In this document: positions 1 to 13,637 of the stretch, one piece after another
Position numbering within the stretch: the first letter of the stretch is position 1
How the letters are laid out: the number at the start of each line of letters is the position of its first letter
NCBI GenBank assembly: GCA_031835245.2
Contig: JAVKOQ020000013.1
Coordinates: forward strand, 62,001-126,000
Origin: Balamuthia mandrillaris
Lineage: Eukaryota
Reading direction: 5' to 3'
Length of the DNA stretch: 64,000 bases
Made by a program: the position numbers and the translations under genes
The notes under the pieces: model-generated
What the model saw: only the letters and a program-made list of their open reading frames with translations
What the model was told of the DNA's origin: nothing
Database searches by the model: none

Positions 1-3000
1 TAAATGCGAATATTTTCAAAGTTAATAACGAGCCAAGCCTTGCTAGTAAATTTGGCATCTTTGGTCTGCACAGCAACAAAAACAAACCAAGCATTGAGTA
101 AAGCACAGCCTAAAGCGTTCAGATGAATGAAGATAACGAACCTGAACAGGGAATGCACAGGTGCCATAAACAGTAAGCTTCATAAAGAGCCGCATGTAAT
201 GCTCTTTGGCAGCTTGGCCAACAAAGCCCGTAGTCTCAAAAATAAAATCACCCATAACGGCTATCCACTCTTCACGCTTTAGCATCGGTCTCATGTGACT
301 TGGTAAATAATCTAGTATGTTATTTCTACATTGCAAGCAGTTACCAGTGATTAGTAAACAGAATCAGGAGGGAAGGGTTGTGAAAGAAACGTGAGATACG
401 AACACGTTCAGCTGCTTTGGGCCAAGTTTGATGTTACCAAGGAGAGCAGCAAAGCGGCAGCCTTCCTCAATGGTGATCGGAATTCTGCTGTGCAGCACGT
501 CGTCAATGCACTGATTCAATATCAAGTTGAATGCTGCGCTGTCCTGGATGAGGTCCTCTTCATTGAACTCGTCCAACCAAAGCTTTTTCTTGAGAGTAAA
601 GCACGGCCGCATTTCTGATTGTTCGTCAGTGATAAAGTGGTTTTTCTTCAATGTCTTCTTGGATTCCTTGTTGTAGCGTGGGTGTGTGGATTCTGCCTGC
701 GCCATCACATCGCACACTTTCACATCAGAGCAGATGGGATAACAACCTTTTTGACCAGAAAAGCGAGAGAGAGAAAGAGAGTTGGTTCAGTATAGAGTTG
801 TCTAGGTGGGCAGAGAAAAGAGGGTGTACCAGCAGTGCTGTTTGTGAAGAGGCCCCACCCCTCCAACATCTGTTGACTGAGGCCAAGCTTCGACGTAAAT
901 TCAAGCACAACATTGCCAACGAGGGCATGGCTAGTCGTGTGAATGGCCTTAACTGTGCCGTCGCTAAGCATGGCACGCAGTACAATAGGACTGCTATCCT
1001 CCATGGCCTTGACCTCGGGCGCGCTGGGAGCCCACTCCCTGTCTCCGTGTTGTCGGGTTTCTTTAAGGTTGTCCATTGCAAGCTCCGCGCTAATTAGCAT
1101 TTGAACACGTCATAATAGTGAGCTAACTGTCTATCTTCAAGCATACAATAAAACAAAAAAAGAAAAGAAAAGAAAATGATAAGTACAGAGTAGCAATTGG
1201 TGCAGCATCTTCCTTCTTCTCGTCCAAAAATTGTTCCAGATAAGGCATAAATGTGTCAGAGGGAGAAAAAATGCTAGTGCAGAGCGCCAGTAACTTCATT
1301 CCCTTCTTACAGCTTTCACTAATTAGAGGTGTGGGAGATGAACCATCAGTAATGCGGGAAGTTGACGGACACCCTCAAAGACTATAATAATGAGAATGTC
1401 AAACAACAACAGCAACAACACACGTACGTCCTAGGATTCTTTGTAGTTTGCTTGCATATCTGACAGTAGAGCTCGTCTTTGAGGGCATCTTCATCAAGGG
1501 CAGCTTGGATTATCTCTTGGATTATTTGCACCTTGGAGGATTTGCCTAGCGGAAAGTCATCCATTACCTTCATTACAGCTGATGACATTTTGATGCTCAG
1601 TCACTGATGCATAGTGGAGATTTGTTTCAAAGATGAGAATGGGAAAAAGTACATTGAAACATGGAAATGGCTATCTTGTTCAAGGAAGAGCTCTTGATTT
1701 CAGTGAGAGAATTTTTGATAGGACTCTGTTATGGAAGTGATGAGAGGTCTTTGTCATAGCAGAAGAAGAGCAAGAAGAATAAGTGTACCAAAGTTAGGCT
1801 AAGTTGGGATGATAGATCAACTCTAGCGGTTTTCTTGCGGAGAGTGCCAATGGACACCGTTTTTCGGAAGTGCAAGGCGGCCCAAGCAGCCATTGTATGT
1901 TGGCCTCCAGCACTTCCATAGCCAAAGCCACGGTCTTTCAGGATTTCCTTGGTGCCTGTATTATCATGGAGAGATTTAGGCCTAAACTAACAGTGAGCGG
2001 AGAAGAGGTGTGTACCAGGTTCATCAACATTGGAATTACCCCTGGAGCGAGGTTTACCAAGACTGCCGCGGAGGGTAGCTACACCACTTATCGCACCGGC
2101 ATCATCTTCCTTCTCCTTATCCTTAATCTCACCAGAGGTTCCTCTGAGAGTACTGGCGCTTCTGCTTTGTCTGATGGTCTCCGACATTGAATTAGAAGGA
2201 AGGGAAAGGTCCATTCCACTCAATGATTCAGGCAGCCAGCTTTCGCCGGACGAGGAGGCGCTCAAGTAGGACGATGTTTGCAACGGCGTTTTGAGGCTGC
2301 GACGCTGAAGAGTACGGCGTCCTCTGATCGTACCCTTGCGTGGATCAGGAGCCAATGAGGAGGGGCTGCCACTGCTACCGCCAGCACTGCTACCAGCACC
2401 CGCACTAAGAGGAATAGAGGGCAGCGTTCCTCGCCTCAATGTGGCCTTTGTATTCTGTTTGATGATAAGATCGGACTTGGGAGGTCCCAGTAATAATTGG
2501 ACCTTGTCTGATGGGAACTGGCCCTTCCGCCCTTCGCATTCACCAAGGAACCATCCATCTCCATATTTTTCTTTGACAATGATGATGTCGTCTTTGTCGA
2601 AGCTGAGAAGTTCTTCATCATCGACCTGCACAACAATTAAAGGGTCAGCAGTTCATAACAAACCCGGAATTCTAAATTTGTTTAACGATCGGGATGAAGG
2701 GAAACGCACATGATAGTCTTGTAAGGCCTTGGCGTACCTGGAGTTTTCTTTGAGGTACTTAGCATAGGCTAGCAGTGATAAACAGACATCATCTGGGACT
2801 GGGGTTTGCACTTCCAGATTTTTGGAAATTCCTTCGTCATAAAGACCAAGCAGGAGGCTTCCAGGTCTCCACGACCACTGAGATACTTGCAAGAAAGTAA
2901 AGTGTTTGATTTCTTCCTGCATATTTGACCGTGGAGATATAGGATACGGTTGATAACGTCATGGTCAACAATTATTGGACAAACTTGTTCTCACAAAATG

Positions 3001-6000
3001 CGCTGAACGTTAACGTACCTTTGCCTCCCTGTTAAACAAATACACGCCGTTGATATTCACGATAAGATCAAACTTTTCAGTGAGGCTGGGCCACATTACG
3101 GAGGGTTTGTGCATCACCGGAAACACGTTGCTGCCATAGTATTGAAGGCCACGGGCGGCTGCAAGAAAATCATTTTCACATTCTTCCTTGCTTTTGTTTT
3201 TGATGCGCTCCTGTTCAGCATTAATTGTGGCTTCCCATTCTTCTGGCGAGTGCTGAGAAACCATTTCTTTTGACAAAAGCAGCGGGCTTTAAGAGAAGAA
3301 TGTGAGCGTTATTCTTGTTCTCAATTGTTGTTCTTGTTCTTGTTTTTCTTCTTTGGAAAATGGGGTGGCAGGGAAGGAGAACTTACAGGAGCTGCTTCAC
3401 GTCTCGAGAGGAATCCCAGTTTCCAAACTCGTACTGCAACTTAAGGGCAGCAAACAGGTTGGCATCAGTTTCGTTGCACAAGAGGCGGCCAGATACAATG
3501 TCGCTGTGGGCCTGGTGCACTAGAAGCTTCCGTTCAACTGGATCTATGACTACTTCTTGTGGGTCCATGAACAGTTGCTTTTTCAACAAGAAGCGAAGAG
3601 CAATGTCCTGTCCCTTCAAGTTAAGGGACTTCTTTATGAGCTCATATTTTGCCAACGTGTCTGGTATAATAAGGATTCAGTCAAATAACTTACAAGTGCG
3701 GTGAAAAAACAAAAACTAATTTGGCAGCCTACCCGCCAATCGGTCGGATTCACCAAGGCCACGGCACACGCCATTGAGGGTTACATAGATGGCCCAGCCA
3801 TAGGGGTCTCTAAGGTTTATTTTGTGACAGAATTCAGCTTTAGCCTCAGCCACAGTAGTGGCTGAGTCAATGTTCAAAGCCTTTACGGTTCCATCCAATG
3901 TTTGAAAACGGCACACTATTGGTTCCAATCGTCGTAGAGACTGCAAATGCAACAATTAGTGGAAAAAAATGGCGCGTATCCATGACAAGATTACATACCA
4001 CTAGCTCTGTTTCAGAAGGAACCATAGCCCGGTTGCCCACATGGTAAGTGTGGCGCAGGTTGGCGAATGCAAAGTCTACCAACTGCTTTTCGTCTCCTGC
4101 TTTTGTGCCTTCAGAAGTTCTTTACAAGGCAGATTTGAAATCAGGAAATTAAGATCAAACAGGTGAGGGAGATTGAAGGCAAGCCACTTACCTGTCAAAT
4201 ACATAAGCACAGAAATATTTCTCAAGACTCTCAGTTGGTTTGAATGAACAACAACAAAATATGATGAGGTGCCATATGTTTCGAAGTAATAACTTCTTGT
4301 CATTCTCTAGGGTCATTCTGAGCAATTGGCAATAGATTTCATCCCTCAATACAGGTTCGGATAAGCCTGCGGCACAACCAGGACAAATCCCGTGAGAGTG
4401 AGGACACGAAGAGGCAGCAAGAGAGCGAGCGAAAGTAGGAGGATGTCCATTACCTTTACGAATAATGTATTTAGCAGCGCTAGTTTGTTCTTTCTCCATC
4501 CACACCAAAATCTTTGCAGATATTTCAGCGGCGATCTTAGTATGGGGTTCTGCCTCGCGCAATAAAGGACCAGCAAGAGGCTTGAGAGACCAGCGAAGGA
4601 GGCCAGCTATCGTGGTGGCTTTCTTCTTAAGCTTGCCCGAAACTTGTTCTTGCCAATGCTTGGCTGCGTATTCCTTGAGCGGGTAGAGATGAACCTCTTC
4701 AGGGGTCATTATGGTGGGCAGTTGTGTTCTAAAGAGCACATAAAAGTATGAGTAATAAGAGATACACAAAATAGATGGAAGGATGAAAACCTAAAGTCGA
4801 TATAGGAAGAAACGCCTTTCCTGGGACTAGCGATTTGCTCAAACAGTTCCTCATTACGTCGGGCTTGCAGGGAAGACTCGGCGCGCCCTCTGGGAGACCG
4901 GTCCGGCAGTGGCGGAGCAGGAGCACCTCGGGCTGATGGCAGACTAGAAGTCATTATGGAGGGCATAGGGGGAGGAGGAATCGATCTGGCTGATGGCATA
5001 GCGCGTAGTTCTGCCGCGTCGTCACCCCCGGCTTCAAAGGGAATGGGAGGAGGTGGCAGATCAGGTGGCGGAGGAAGTGCATCAAATGGAGGGGGTGGAA
5101 GAGCAAAGGCTTCATTAAGTACTCCTACATGTGTGCAAGCAAAAAACCCCCATCATGACAAGTGAAACAAATGGACACAACAAAAATAAAGAGTGAGAAA
5201 CTGATTAATCCTGCTGCAGGGAGGGATGGGGCGTGAACTTTACCAATTGTAGTGTCAGCATAGTCGTTGAGTGCATCTCCACCATACATGTCGAGTTCGT
5301 TGCCCAGACCACTTTCCTCGATTTCTTCCCGATGACGAAGGGCTTCTCTTTCCTTTCTCTCTTGCTCCTCCTTTCGTCTGTTTTCTTCTTCTCTTTCTCG
5401 CTTGCGCCGCTCTTCTCTTTCCCATTCCTCTCGCTCTCTTCGCAACCGTTCCTGCTCCTCTGCCTCCAGGCGTTTCTTTTCCTCCTCCTTAGCTCTTGCT
5501 ATCTCTCTTCTTCTTCTTTCCGCTTCTTCCTTCTGTGCTCTTAGCTTGCTTAGAAGATTAACAGCGATCTTCCTGCGAGCAAACTTTTGCAATAGCGCTG
5601 TAGCCAACTTCTTAGCCTTGAAGTCGTCCTGTCTGCGCTTCATGCGAGCCACAGCCTGCAGGATGGCAGTGGCCTCCCAGCGTTGAGTGTAAGCTCGTTT
5701 GGTGAACCACATGAGAGTAGCCTGTTGCACTAGGAGGGCTACTCGACGTTTTTGTAAGAAGATTTTCCTGTAATGATAGCGCCTCCAAATGGACTGCATA
5801 GCCACTGCAAATTTGTAGAGTTTGGCAGCTCTAGCATCCTCCAACAAGCTCCACTGTCCATCTCGCAGGAAAATCTTGGTCTTGCCAAGCTGATGGATTA
5901 AAAATCACAAAAGTGAGTAAACTCACAATATGAATGTGGAAATACGAAATTACTTACCTGTACTTCAGAAGAGCTAACAATCCCTTCCTTCACGGCTACC

Positions 6001-9000
6001 TTTAGGATGCAGTCGCACCCGCTTCGGTAGTCACCGCTTGGAGCATGTGGAGCCAATACTCGAAATTTGTTGAAAAAGGCCTCGAAAGATTGGCGAACTG
6101 GAAAGCCCAATTGCCTGATGCGGATGGTTTCCATCATACCGGCGTAGCGTAGCTGCGCAAGCACCAGGTCCCTGTCGAATGAGTGAGGAGCTTTCATCGC
6201 ATTCGGCTTTAGGCATCGAACATAGTGTGGAGCCGTGGAAGACAACGTGTCCACAAGCTGCTTCAATTGCTCCTGATGGATGAGAAGATGAAGATGATGT
6301 CGTTTAGAGTTTATCATACATTATGTCGCACAGCACCATGATGAGAATGAGTACCCTGAACTGGTTGCCAACGGTAGGTGGCTTCTTGCCACCAATATCA
6401 ACCTTTTCTGGGAAGAGAGAGCGAATGAAGGGACACGAACTAGTCTGAATCCCTTCCAGAACGTCACTTCCCAGCGTGTCCCTATTTTTTTCCAAGAATC
6501 CTGTTGTCTCATATGATACCTAACACGTATACAAAGCCATAGGCGGATTGGTGAGCGATATAAAGACAACGACAGAGCGTAGAATAACGAACATCTCCAG
6601 CATAATGCTTCACAATAAAATTGTTTCCTCTGCGTTTTGGCATAATGTAATGTTCGTGTTTTTCATGGTTTTTGTGCAACTTCATCAATAAGGATTCGTC
6701 TGAAGCCTTCGGAAAACGAGATTCTTCGTCGAGCAGAGAGAGAATCCCAAGTGGTTTCTAAAGTGGAGTTAGAAAAGCAAATATCGGCAGCAACCAACCA
6801 ATGCAGCAAACCTTTTCGATCAAGTCAATACACTCAGCATTGTCCTTGAATTGAATGTTTGACCAGTTTATGCCTTCTTCATTATACTCTGCCTGTTCCA
6901 GCTTGAATATGTGCTGGTTGAAGTGTTGCTGCAGCTTTTCATTTGCATAGTTAATGTTGAACTGTTCAAAACTGTTGACCTATAAACAAATGGAGGGTGA
7001 GTAACGTTTACAGCAACAATAGTAGCGCGAGGTTACCTTGAAGTTCTCGAAACCAAAAATATCAAGTACTCCAATAAAATTGGTAGCTTTAGTTTGGCTT
7101 GAGCTACCAGATATGGACTCGTTAATTCGAGCGATAAGCCAGTTGAACAGGCGATCATATAAAGCTTTGGCAAGGGCATCTCGAGTGTCCGCTGCCTGTT
7201 TATCAAAGTGAAGGTGGGAGGGTTGGAGTAAGCTGAAGAGAACAAGTGAATCGTTGTCAGTATTACCTGTTGTCCGTTTAAAGGGACTTTGAAAGCCTCC
7301 TTTGCGATAATGTTCGTTCGAATGAGGAGTGCGTTCTTCAGATTTTGAGGTGTGCAGTGCAGAAACTCAGCAGCGTATTGTACCGCTGTATGTAGAGTGT
7401 AAATAACAAGCAGTGGAACAAACATCAGATGGTGCCGAGCAGTAAAACGCACCTTCCTCGTTGGTGATCACGGTGTGGTTGTCCTTATTACCAAAGGTAA
7501 TATTGCCAAGATGGAGGATCGCTGCAACCACTTTGAAAACGTTATGCAGGTCATTCATCCCAAGCACTCGCATAGCAGACTGTGAGTGAGGGAGAGGGAG
7601 AAGAGAGAGGGAGAGAGAGAGAGAGAGAGAGAGAAGAAGAAGAAGACTAGGTCAGCACGGTTTCTGTAAAGACAAGGCGTTTGACTAGGAGCAGAGATAA
7701 ACGAAAACAAACTTTAATGCGCTCCCAGTCCTCCTTCTCATCTTTTTCAGGCAAGCGGTAACAGTTACTCTGGTTGGTGTAGTGGTAGTCAATGGGGGCC
7801 TTTAGGTGGTAACGCTCTGTGGATTGTTCAACGTGCAGCCAATGTGAGAGAGGAAGAGTCAGCCAATATAAACAAAAGCGAGTAGGCGAACTCCCTCTGT
7901 TTTAACGTACGGAGCTCTTCTGGGCTAGCGCCGGACAACATGCAGTAGAATATGTGATAGTTCCTCTCTCCTTCTGCCTGATAGACCAACCGTGACTATA
8001 GAGACAAAGCGAGGTAAGAACACAAAGACAAAAAGAAGAAAACACAAAGCAAGGTGGAGTTCCCACCTTTTCCAGCAGATCTGGTTATCACAAGGAGAGT
8101 CAGCTCAACGTGCCAAAAAGAGAGCAGAGAGCAGAGGGTTTAAAGAAAAAAGACTAAACGTACAGTTTATGATACGTGCTCCACAGATGGAACTACCACT
8201 GCGGTCAAAATGGATCTCGATATATTTACCCTACGACCGCGGAGAGGTGTGAAGAGGCGTCGATCAGACTCGCGGGGAGAAGGGAAAGAGAACAGAGAGC
8301 AGAAAAGAGAGAGCAGAGAAGAGAGAGCAGGAGAGAGAAGGCATACAAAGCGGCTGGAGTTGTTGTTTCGCACAGTAGCGGCATTTCCAAAAGCTTCCAA
8401 GACAGGGTTGGCCTCCAAGATCTTCTCTTCCACTTCGGAGTGCTTATTGGTCCTTTGGGCCAAGAACTGCAGGATCAGCTGTTGTTTTGAGTTTTATTTT
8501 AGTTTTTTTTTAAAATAAAATAAAATTTGAACTAGCAGCGACGTTGGTCTCGGGAGGGGAGGCGAGAGAGTGAGGGCCTTACCTTGGTGGCCTCTGTTTT
8601 TCCAGCACCAGACTCACCACTGCGTCACCCCCAAGTGTTTGCAAAGGGACGAAGAAGAAAGAAGAAGGCAGGGGCAGCCCAAGGGCCAACAAAAAAAGTT
8701 AAGAAAACCCAATGTGAGAGAGAGAGAGAGAGAGAGAGCAGAAAGCGACCAGACCTGATAATGACGGACTGGTTGCAGTGGTCGTTTACGAGGCTGTTGT
8801 AGGCGGCGTCCGCAATGGCAAAGATGTGAGGGGGCAACGCTCCGAGACGATGCCCAAAGTAGGACTTTACTATTTGTTTGGAATAGATGGGGAGTCGCTG
8901 GTAGGGGTTCACCGATACCAAGATGTTGCCCGTATAAGTCTGGATAGAAGAGAGAGAGAGAAAGAGAGAAAGAGAAAGAATACATTAGATCCTTATGAAA

Positions 9001-9166
9001 AATATAACAACGAAGCATAGCTGCTTACGTATATCAAATCTTTGTGGTAGCGCATCTCAAGGTTAAGAAGCAGACCCTCCTCCGAGAGCTTGTTGAGAGA
9101 TATCATGTCCTCGACCCCTCCCTCGGGCACGCCGAGGGAGTCGGCATCAAAGGTATTTTCCTCCAT
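1..9166 (-). CDS. MYO7: MyTH4-FERM unconventional myosin (myosin-7 / Dictyostelium MyoI type), multi-exon, 3' end runs off the window
   Basis: ATG at 9166 ([24 protein letters not shown]...). Motor motifs after splicing: [12 protein letters not shown]-loop [13 protein letters not shown] (~8584-8620), [59 protein letters not shown]. These are followed by IQ motifs (~5600-5840), an E/R/K single alpha-helix (~5330-5560), a Pro-rich segment, MyTH4 (LRDEIYCQL), FERM, SH3 (LSFDKDDII...[16 protein letters not shown]), a second MyTH4 ([14 protein letters not shown]) and a second FERM. Frame is still open at position 1. Confidence 0.93.
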
Positions 9167-9807
9167 GTTGCCCGGAGAAAAACGCCCAGCTTAGACCTCT
9201 CTCGGCCTATCCTTGGCGGTTCCGCGGGGTTCGGAGCGCTCTGGTCTCTACTCCCTGGGTTTTTTTTTGAACAAAGAGGGGGAATTGGGGCGAGAGGTTC
9301 TTCCGAGCTAAACCTGGCGCGGGAGCTGTTTCTCCTGGGCCACTCCCTGGGTTTTTTGTGTGCGTGCGTGCGTGTCCTGTGGGGAGGCCAGAGACACCAG
9401 CAGCCGACGTTGAGTCACCAACAGACGCAGAGCCCCGCCGTTACCTTTTTTGGTCGCACCCTAATTTTTTTGGTTTTGGTTTTCTCCCTCTCCTCTTCCC
9501 CTCCCTTGCCCCTGTGCCCAGCCCCCCCCCCTTCCCTCCTTTTGGCCGTTTGGGCTCCCTGTCATCCCCAAGCAATGCGCCAGAGCCGGGAAGGCCCACC
9601 CGGCTTCATGTGGGTATCACTCTCAATCTCTGGAGTGGGAACGTGGTGGGATCAGCTGCCAATGTCGCTGCTGGTGTCTCCACACCACTTGCTTGATTTG
9701 TTGTTGTTTTTTTTTGCTTTTCGTTTTCATGTCTTTATTAGTTTTTGGTCTTTTTTTTGGGGGCTTCCCCTCTTGTTCCATCCATTGAACAGCTTGTCCC
9801 TTCTCTC

Positions 9808-9843
<36 letters not shown>

Positions 9844-9904
9844 CTCACTTTCTACAAGCATACCACCAGAATTATAAAAGAAAACAAACACGCAAGCACA
9901 AGCA

Positions 9905-10065
9905 AGCAACACATAAACCTTTATTTTTTTTTAAAAAAAAAAAAGAAACAAACTACAAACACACATAAAACAAAAAAACAAAAAACATAAACGTAAACAG
10001 AAAAAAAAAAAACAGAAAGACAAAACAAAAAACATAAAATATAAAAACAAAAACAAAAACAAAGC
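9905..10065. repeat. A-rich low-complexity tract (AAAAC/AAAC-like) between the divergent myosin and PHD genes
   Basis: Runs of A interrupted by single C/T/G visible directly; no credible coding frame. Confidence 0.7.
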
Positions 10066-10275
10066 GCAGAGGAGGAGGCTGCCACCACCACGCATTGGCA
10101 CATAAAATTGTATAAAAGAGGAGGAGAAGGAGAGGGATAATACATTTAGTGTCTGCACTTGCAAGCAAGTGGCCTCAAACTCGCAGCCCAGCAAACAGCG
10201 ACAGTCATTGTGGTTGGCGAAGGTGCTGGGGGGTGGGAAAGAGTTCCTTCAACAAGCGGGCCTGGTGGGAGAGAG

Positions 10276-13160
10276 ATGAGCAACGGAGCTGCTGCGCGGA
10301 GGAAATCCAACAGACTCCTACGAAAGAGCACCTTCTTGGGTGATGACTACGCGGTGGAAAGCCCTTTTAACCCCTCTCGCTCGCGTTCACGTTCCGCTAC
10401 ACCGCCCTCTTCAGAGGAAGCCGCAGAGCACACTCCTCACGCATTGAAAGCTGCCTTGGCCGCGCCCACGCCCGCTGTCACCAAGCAGCAGCAGCACCAC
10501 AGAGAACTACAGCCCCTTGCAGAAAGAGAGATGATGGAGGACGAAAACCAGGAATCACGCCAACTGGACCAGGACACCAAGAGTGAGGTTGAGCTCAGCG
10601 CCCTTTTCTTGCTGTTTCTCTAGTAGACTAACTTTTTTTTCTCATCCGACCAATCAAAGGTGGATTATTCAGTTTTGAATCACGATCTTTGTGATGCTTG
10701 TCGCGAAGGTGGAGAGCTGCTGTGTTGCGATGAGTGCCCCTGTTCCTTTCATTTGGAGTGCCTCAACCCCCCGCTGGAAGCAGTGCCTGCAGGCGACTGG
10801 TACTGCAATGCATGTGAATCACAAAAGAATCCTGTAGGCCACATTCTCCTCTCCTTCTCAAACCTCACACTACCCTTAACTCTATTTCTTCCTTTGCACA
10901 TCTGGGTAGCCGCCATCTGTGCCCCTTGCTCACACATCCTTTGGCAAGCTTATGCAACGCATCCACTACGCAAACCCGACATGCTTCTCTCTTCCTCAAG
11001 AGATACTCCTTTCTGTTACTGGTCTGATATTACCTCTCATCTTTACATTCTTTGCTTTTTTAGTTTGCCCTCATATTCATCTTTCTTTGCTGTTTACTGA
11101 CGCAATTCTCTTATCTCTTGTTATACAAAAGAATGCTATGAGCGTCCTCTAATGAATGGGCTTAGTGTTGACAACTACTCCGGTACAATAGGATTCAGGG
11201 GACGACGGCGAAAGGTACGTAGACGCAGCTTCTATTTGTTGTTGTAGCTCGAGCAATGGGCTAATCTAGCTGCTTTTCTCAAATGAGAAGAAACATGACG
11301 ATTTTTGTTATTTATGTGGGGTAGAATCCCAATATGGTGATGCAGATGAAGATTTGGTGCGGTGCCACCGCTGTTCTCATTCGTATCACCTTTGGTGTCT
11401 GGATCCTCCGTTATTATCCCATCCTCCGAATCACCTTGAGTGGATATGTCCAGTACACCTTAACAAGACCCAGGATATGGTACATTCTCAATTCACCATT
11501 TTACGTTAGTTGCATTTGCCTTTTGTAACCGTTTCCCAACTTTATCGCCCTTTCTAGTGTAACCAAAAGAGAAGAGGAATCAAATATTTACTACCAGACG
11601 AAACTTTCCGTTTAGATTTTTCAGAAGTAACTACTTCTTTGTCCCCATATTTTATTTGCGGTAAGTTACTAACTGGATATTGTGCTCTAAGAAATCGAGG
11701 AAACAACATCTGCATACTACCATCCAACAAATAGTACAAAATGACCTTGTTACTAAAGCAGAACAAAAGGAGGTGCGCTCCCTCTTACCCCTTTTCATCG
11801 TTCTCATCACCGTAAGCCCATCTTTGCTGACGTTTTTCTTTATTGTTTCGGGCTTTCTCAGTGGCTGCAAGATCTATTACATTTCGAAACTGAACTGAAG
11901 CGGCAAGTGCTAGAGCTGTTACACGAGGAAGAAGATCGCCCCGAGTCTGCAGAGCAGTTGCAAATCCTTTCTTTGGTTGGCGAAAACGAGCTGGACCTAA
12001 TCCAAAATGACCCTGCTTTCTGTCCCGAAGATGATGACAGAGCGAAGGAGGACGAGCCACCAATGGCCCGGCACACCCCCTCGGGGACAGCCCGTGTTTC
12101 TCTCATGCCAAAGCATAGCCCTAGGGCCATTTATTCGTTTATTCAGTTTTTAGGCATGAAGCAACTCATGCAATGGAATCAAGATTTAGGACAAAGTGGA
12201 GAGATCCCTCTTGCCTTCCGCGATACCTTGCAGGAGTATCGGGACCAGGGGTGGCAGAGAAAAGCAGAGCTGTACCTTCCTCTAGTCAAGTTGTTGAAAG
12301 ACTTGCACGATGAGCTGAAAGATGATACGTTGAACGAGAAGAAGAAAAAGCAGCAGCAGAAGAAGAAGAAGAGAGAGGAAGCGAAAACACTTCCCACCCA
12401 GCCGGACCTTTTGCATAACATTCTGGCTCCGCTTGATCAAACCAATTCGGACAAGGCTGTGTCTACACAGCATGTACTAGTCGATGACAAAACACGGCGG
12501 CAATCCCGAAAGACCAACCTTCATGAACAGACTGCAGAAGAAGCACAAACAGAGATAACAAGATGTACCTCAGCAAGCACGGGAAACAACGCAGCAACTA
12601 GCTCTACCAATGAGGCAGCTACAACTACTAACAACCAAGCTCTGCCCGAAGCGAAGCCAACCACCAACACCCGCAAGCGAAAAGGCCATCAGGATGCAAC
12701 GAACCAAGAGGGTCATGAGCCAACAACTGTGGCAGGACCCCACCACAAACGAACCAAGACAACATCTGGAACAGCAGCTGCCCCAGTCAAGAAAACCACT
12801 CTCAGAAAGACAACTGGTGCCTCCCAATCGACACAAGCCAGTCCCTCGACGTCATCATCTCCTGTCACTAACCTGCTTACACCCCCCACCACCACAAACA
12901 TCAAGCTAACACCCAACAATTCCCCTACCTCGAACCACACTTCCACACCTGCAAGTCTATCCGCTCAGCATTTGGACGGACAAGTAGCAAGTAGTAGCGA
13001 TAATCAACAAACCACTCCTCACACTCCTACACCCACTCTTCCTACTGCCCTTTCCCGCTCGCCACAAACTCCCAGAAGAGGACCCTATGGTGCCATTGAA
13101 TTTCAGTCTCAAACTCACGCAGGTGGGTTTCTTCATTTTGTGATCTTCGCTTGCCCCATG

Positions 13161-13196
<36 letters not shown>

Positions 13197-13520
13197 CTTC
13201 TAGAGGCAGTAACGATAAAAATGAACCAACCAAAACTACTACTGGGGAGGTATCACGAAGAATCACCACTAGTGGACCCCACCGCCCAATTCGTTGACTT
13301 GACGGAGTACACCAACCGGCCGCGCGTCATTTCCCGCATCCATGTCACTATTGAATTTGATCCACAGTCCGACAAGTATTATGTGTGCTCAGGGGGCCGG
13401 AATGGCACCACCCTTAACGGAGAGCTCTTGCAGCAACACAAAAGAGTGCCCCTCATCTCCGGCAAGTGCATCGGCATCGCCGACCTCTCTCTTCGATGGA
13501 AACGTTTCAAACGAGTGTAG
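10276..13520 (+). CDS. PHF12: PHF12/Rco1-like chromatin protein: two PHD fingers plus C-terminal FHA domain (Sin3/Rpd3S subunit), multi-exon
   Basis: PHD1 NHDLCDACREGGELLCCDECPCSFHLECLNPPL...WYCNAC (~10675-10820). FGKLMQRIHYANPTCFSLPQE resembles the NPxQFQLP motif of PHF12/Rco1. PHD2 CYLCG...RCHRCSHSYHLWCLDPPL...WICPVHL (~11290-11460). FHA LLLGR...ISRIHVTI...GRNGTTLNG (~13230-13500). Start codon is inferred. Confidence 0.8.
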
Positions 13521-13637
13521 CATTTATCTTGCAACACCATTGTTATTGCTGTTTGTCCAACAATATTGTTGTTGATAACCACTATTTTACATGCCGCTTG
13601 CTTCTTCTCATCTCGTTTCCTTTTTACCCTCTTATTG

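Noticed and set aside
9044..9877. 277-aa plus-strand ORF
   Set aside because: GTG start, antisense to myosin exon 1 and its leader, low complexity, no motifs.
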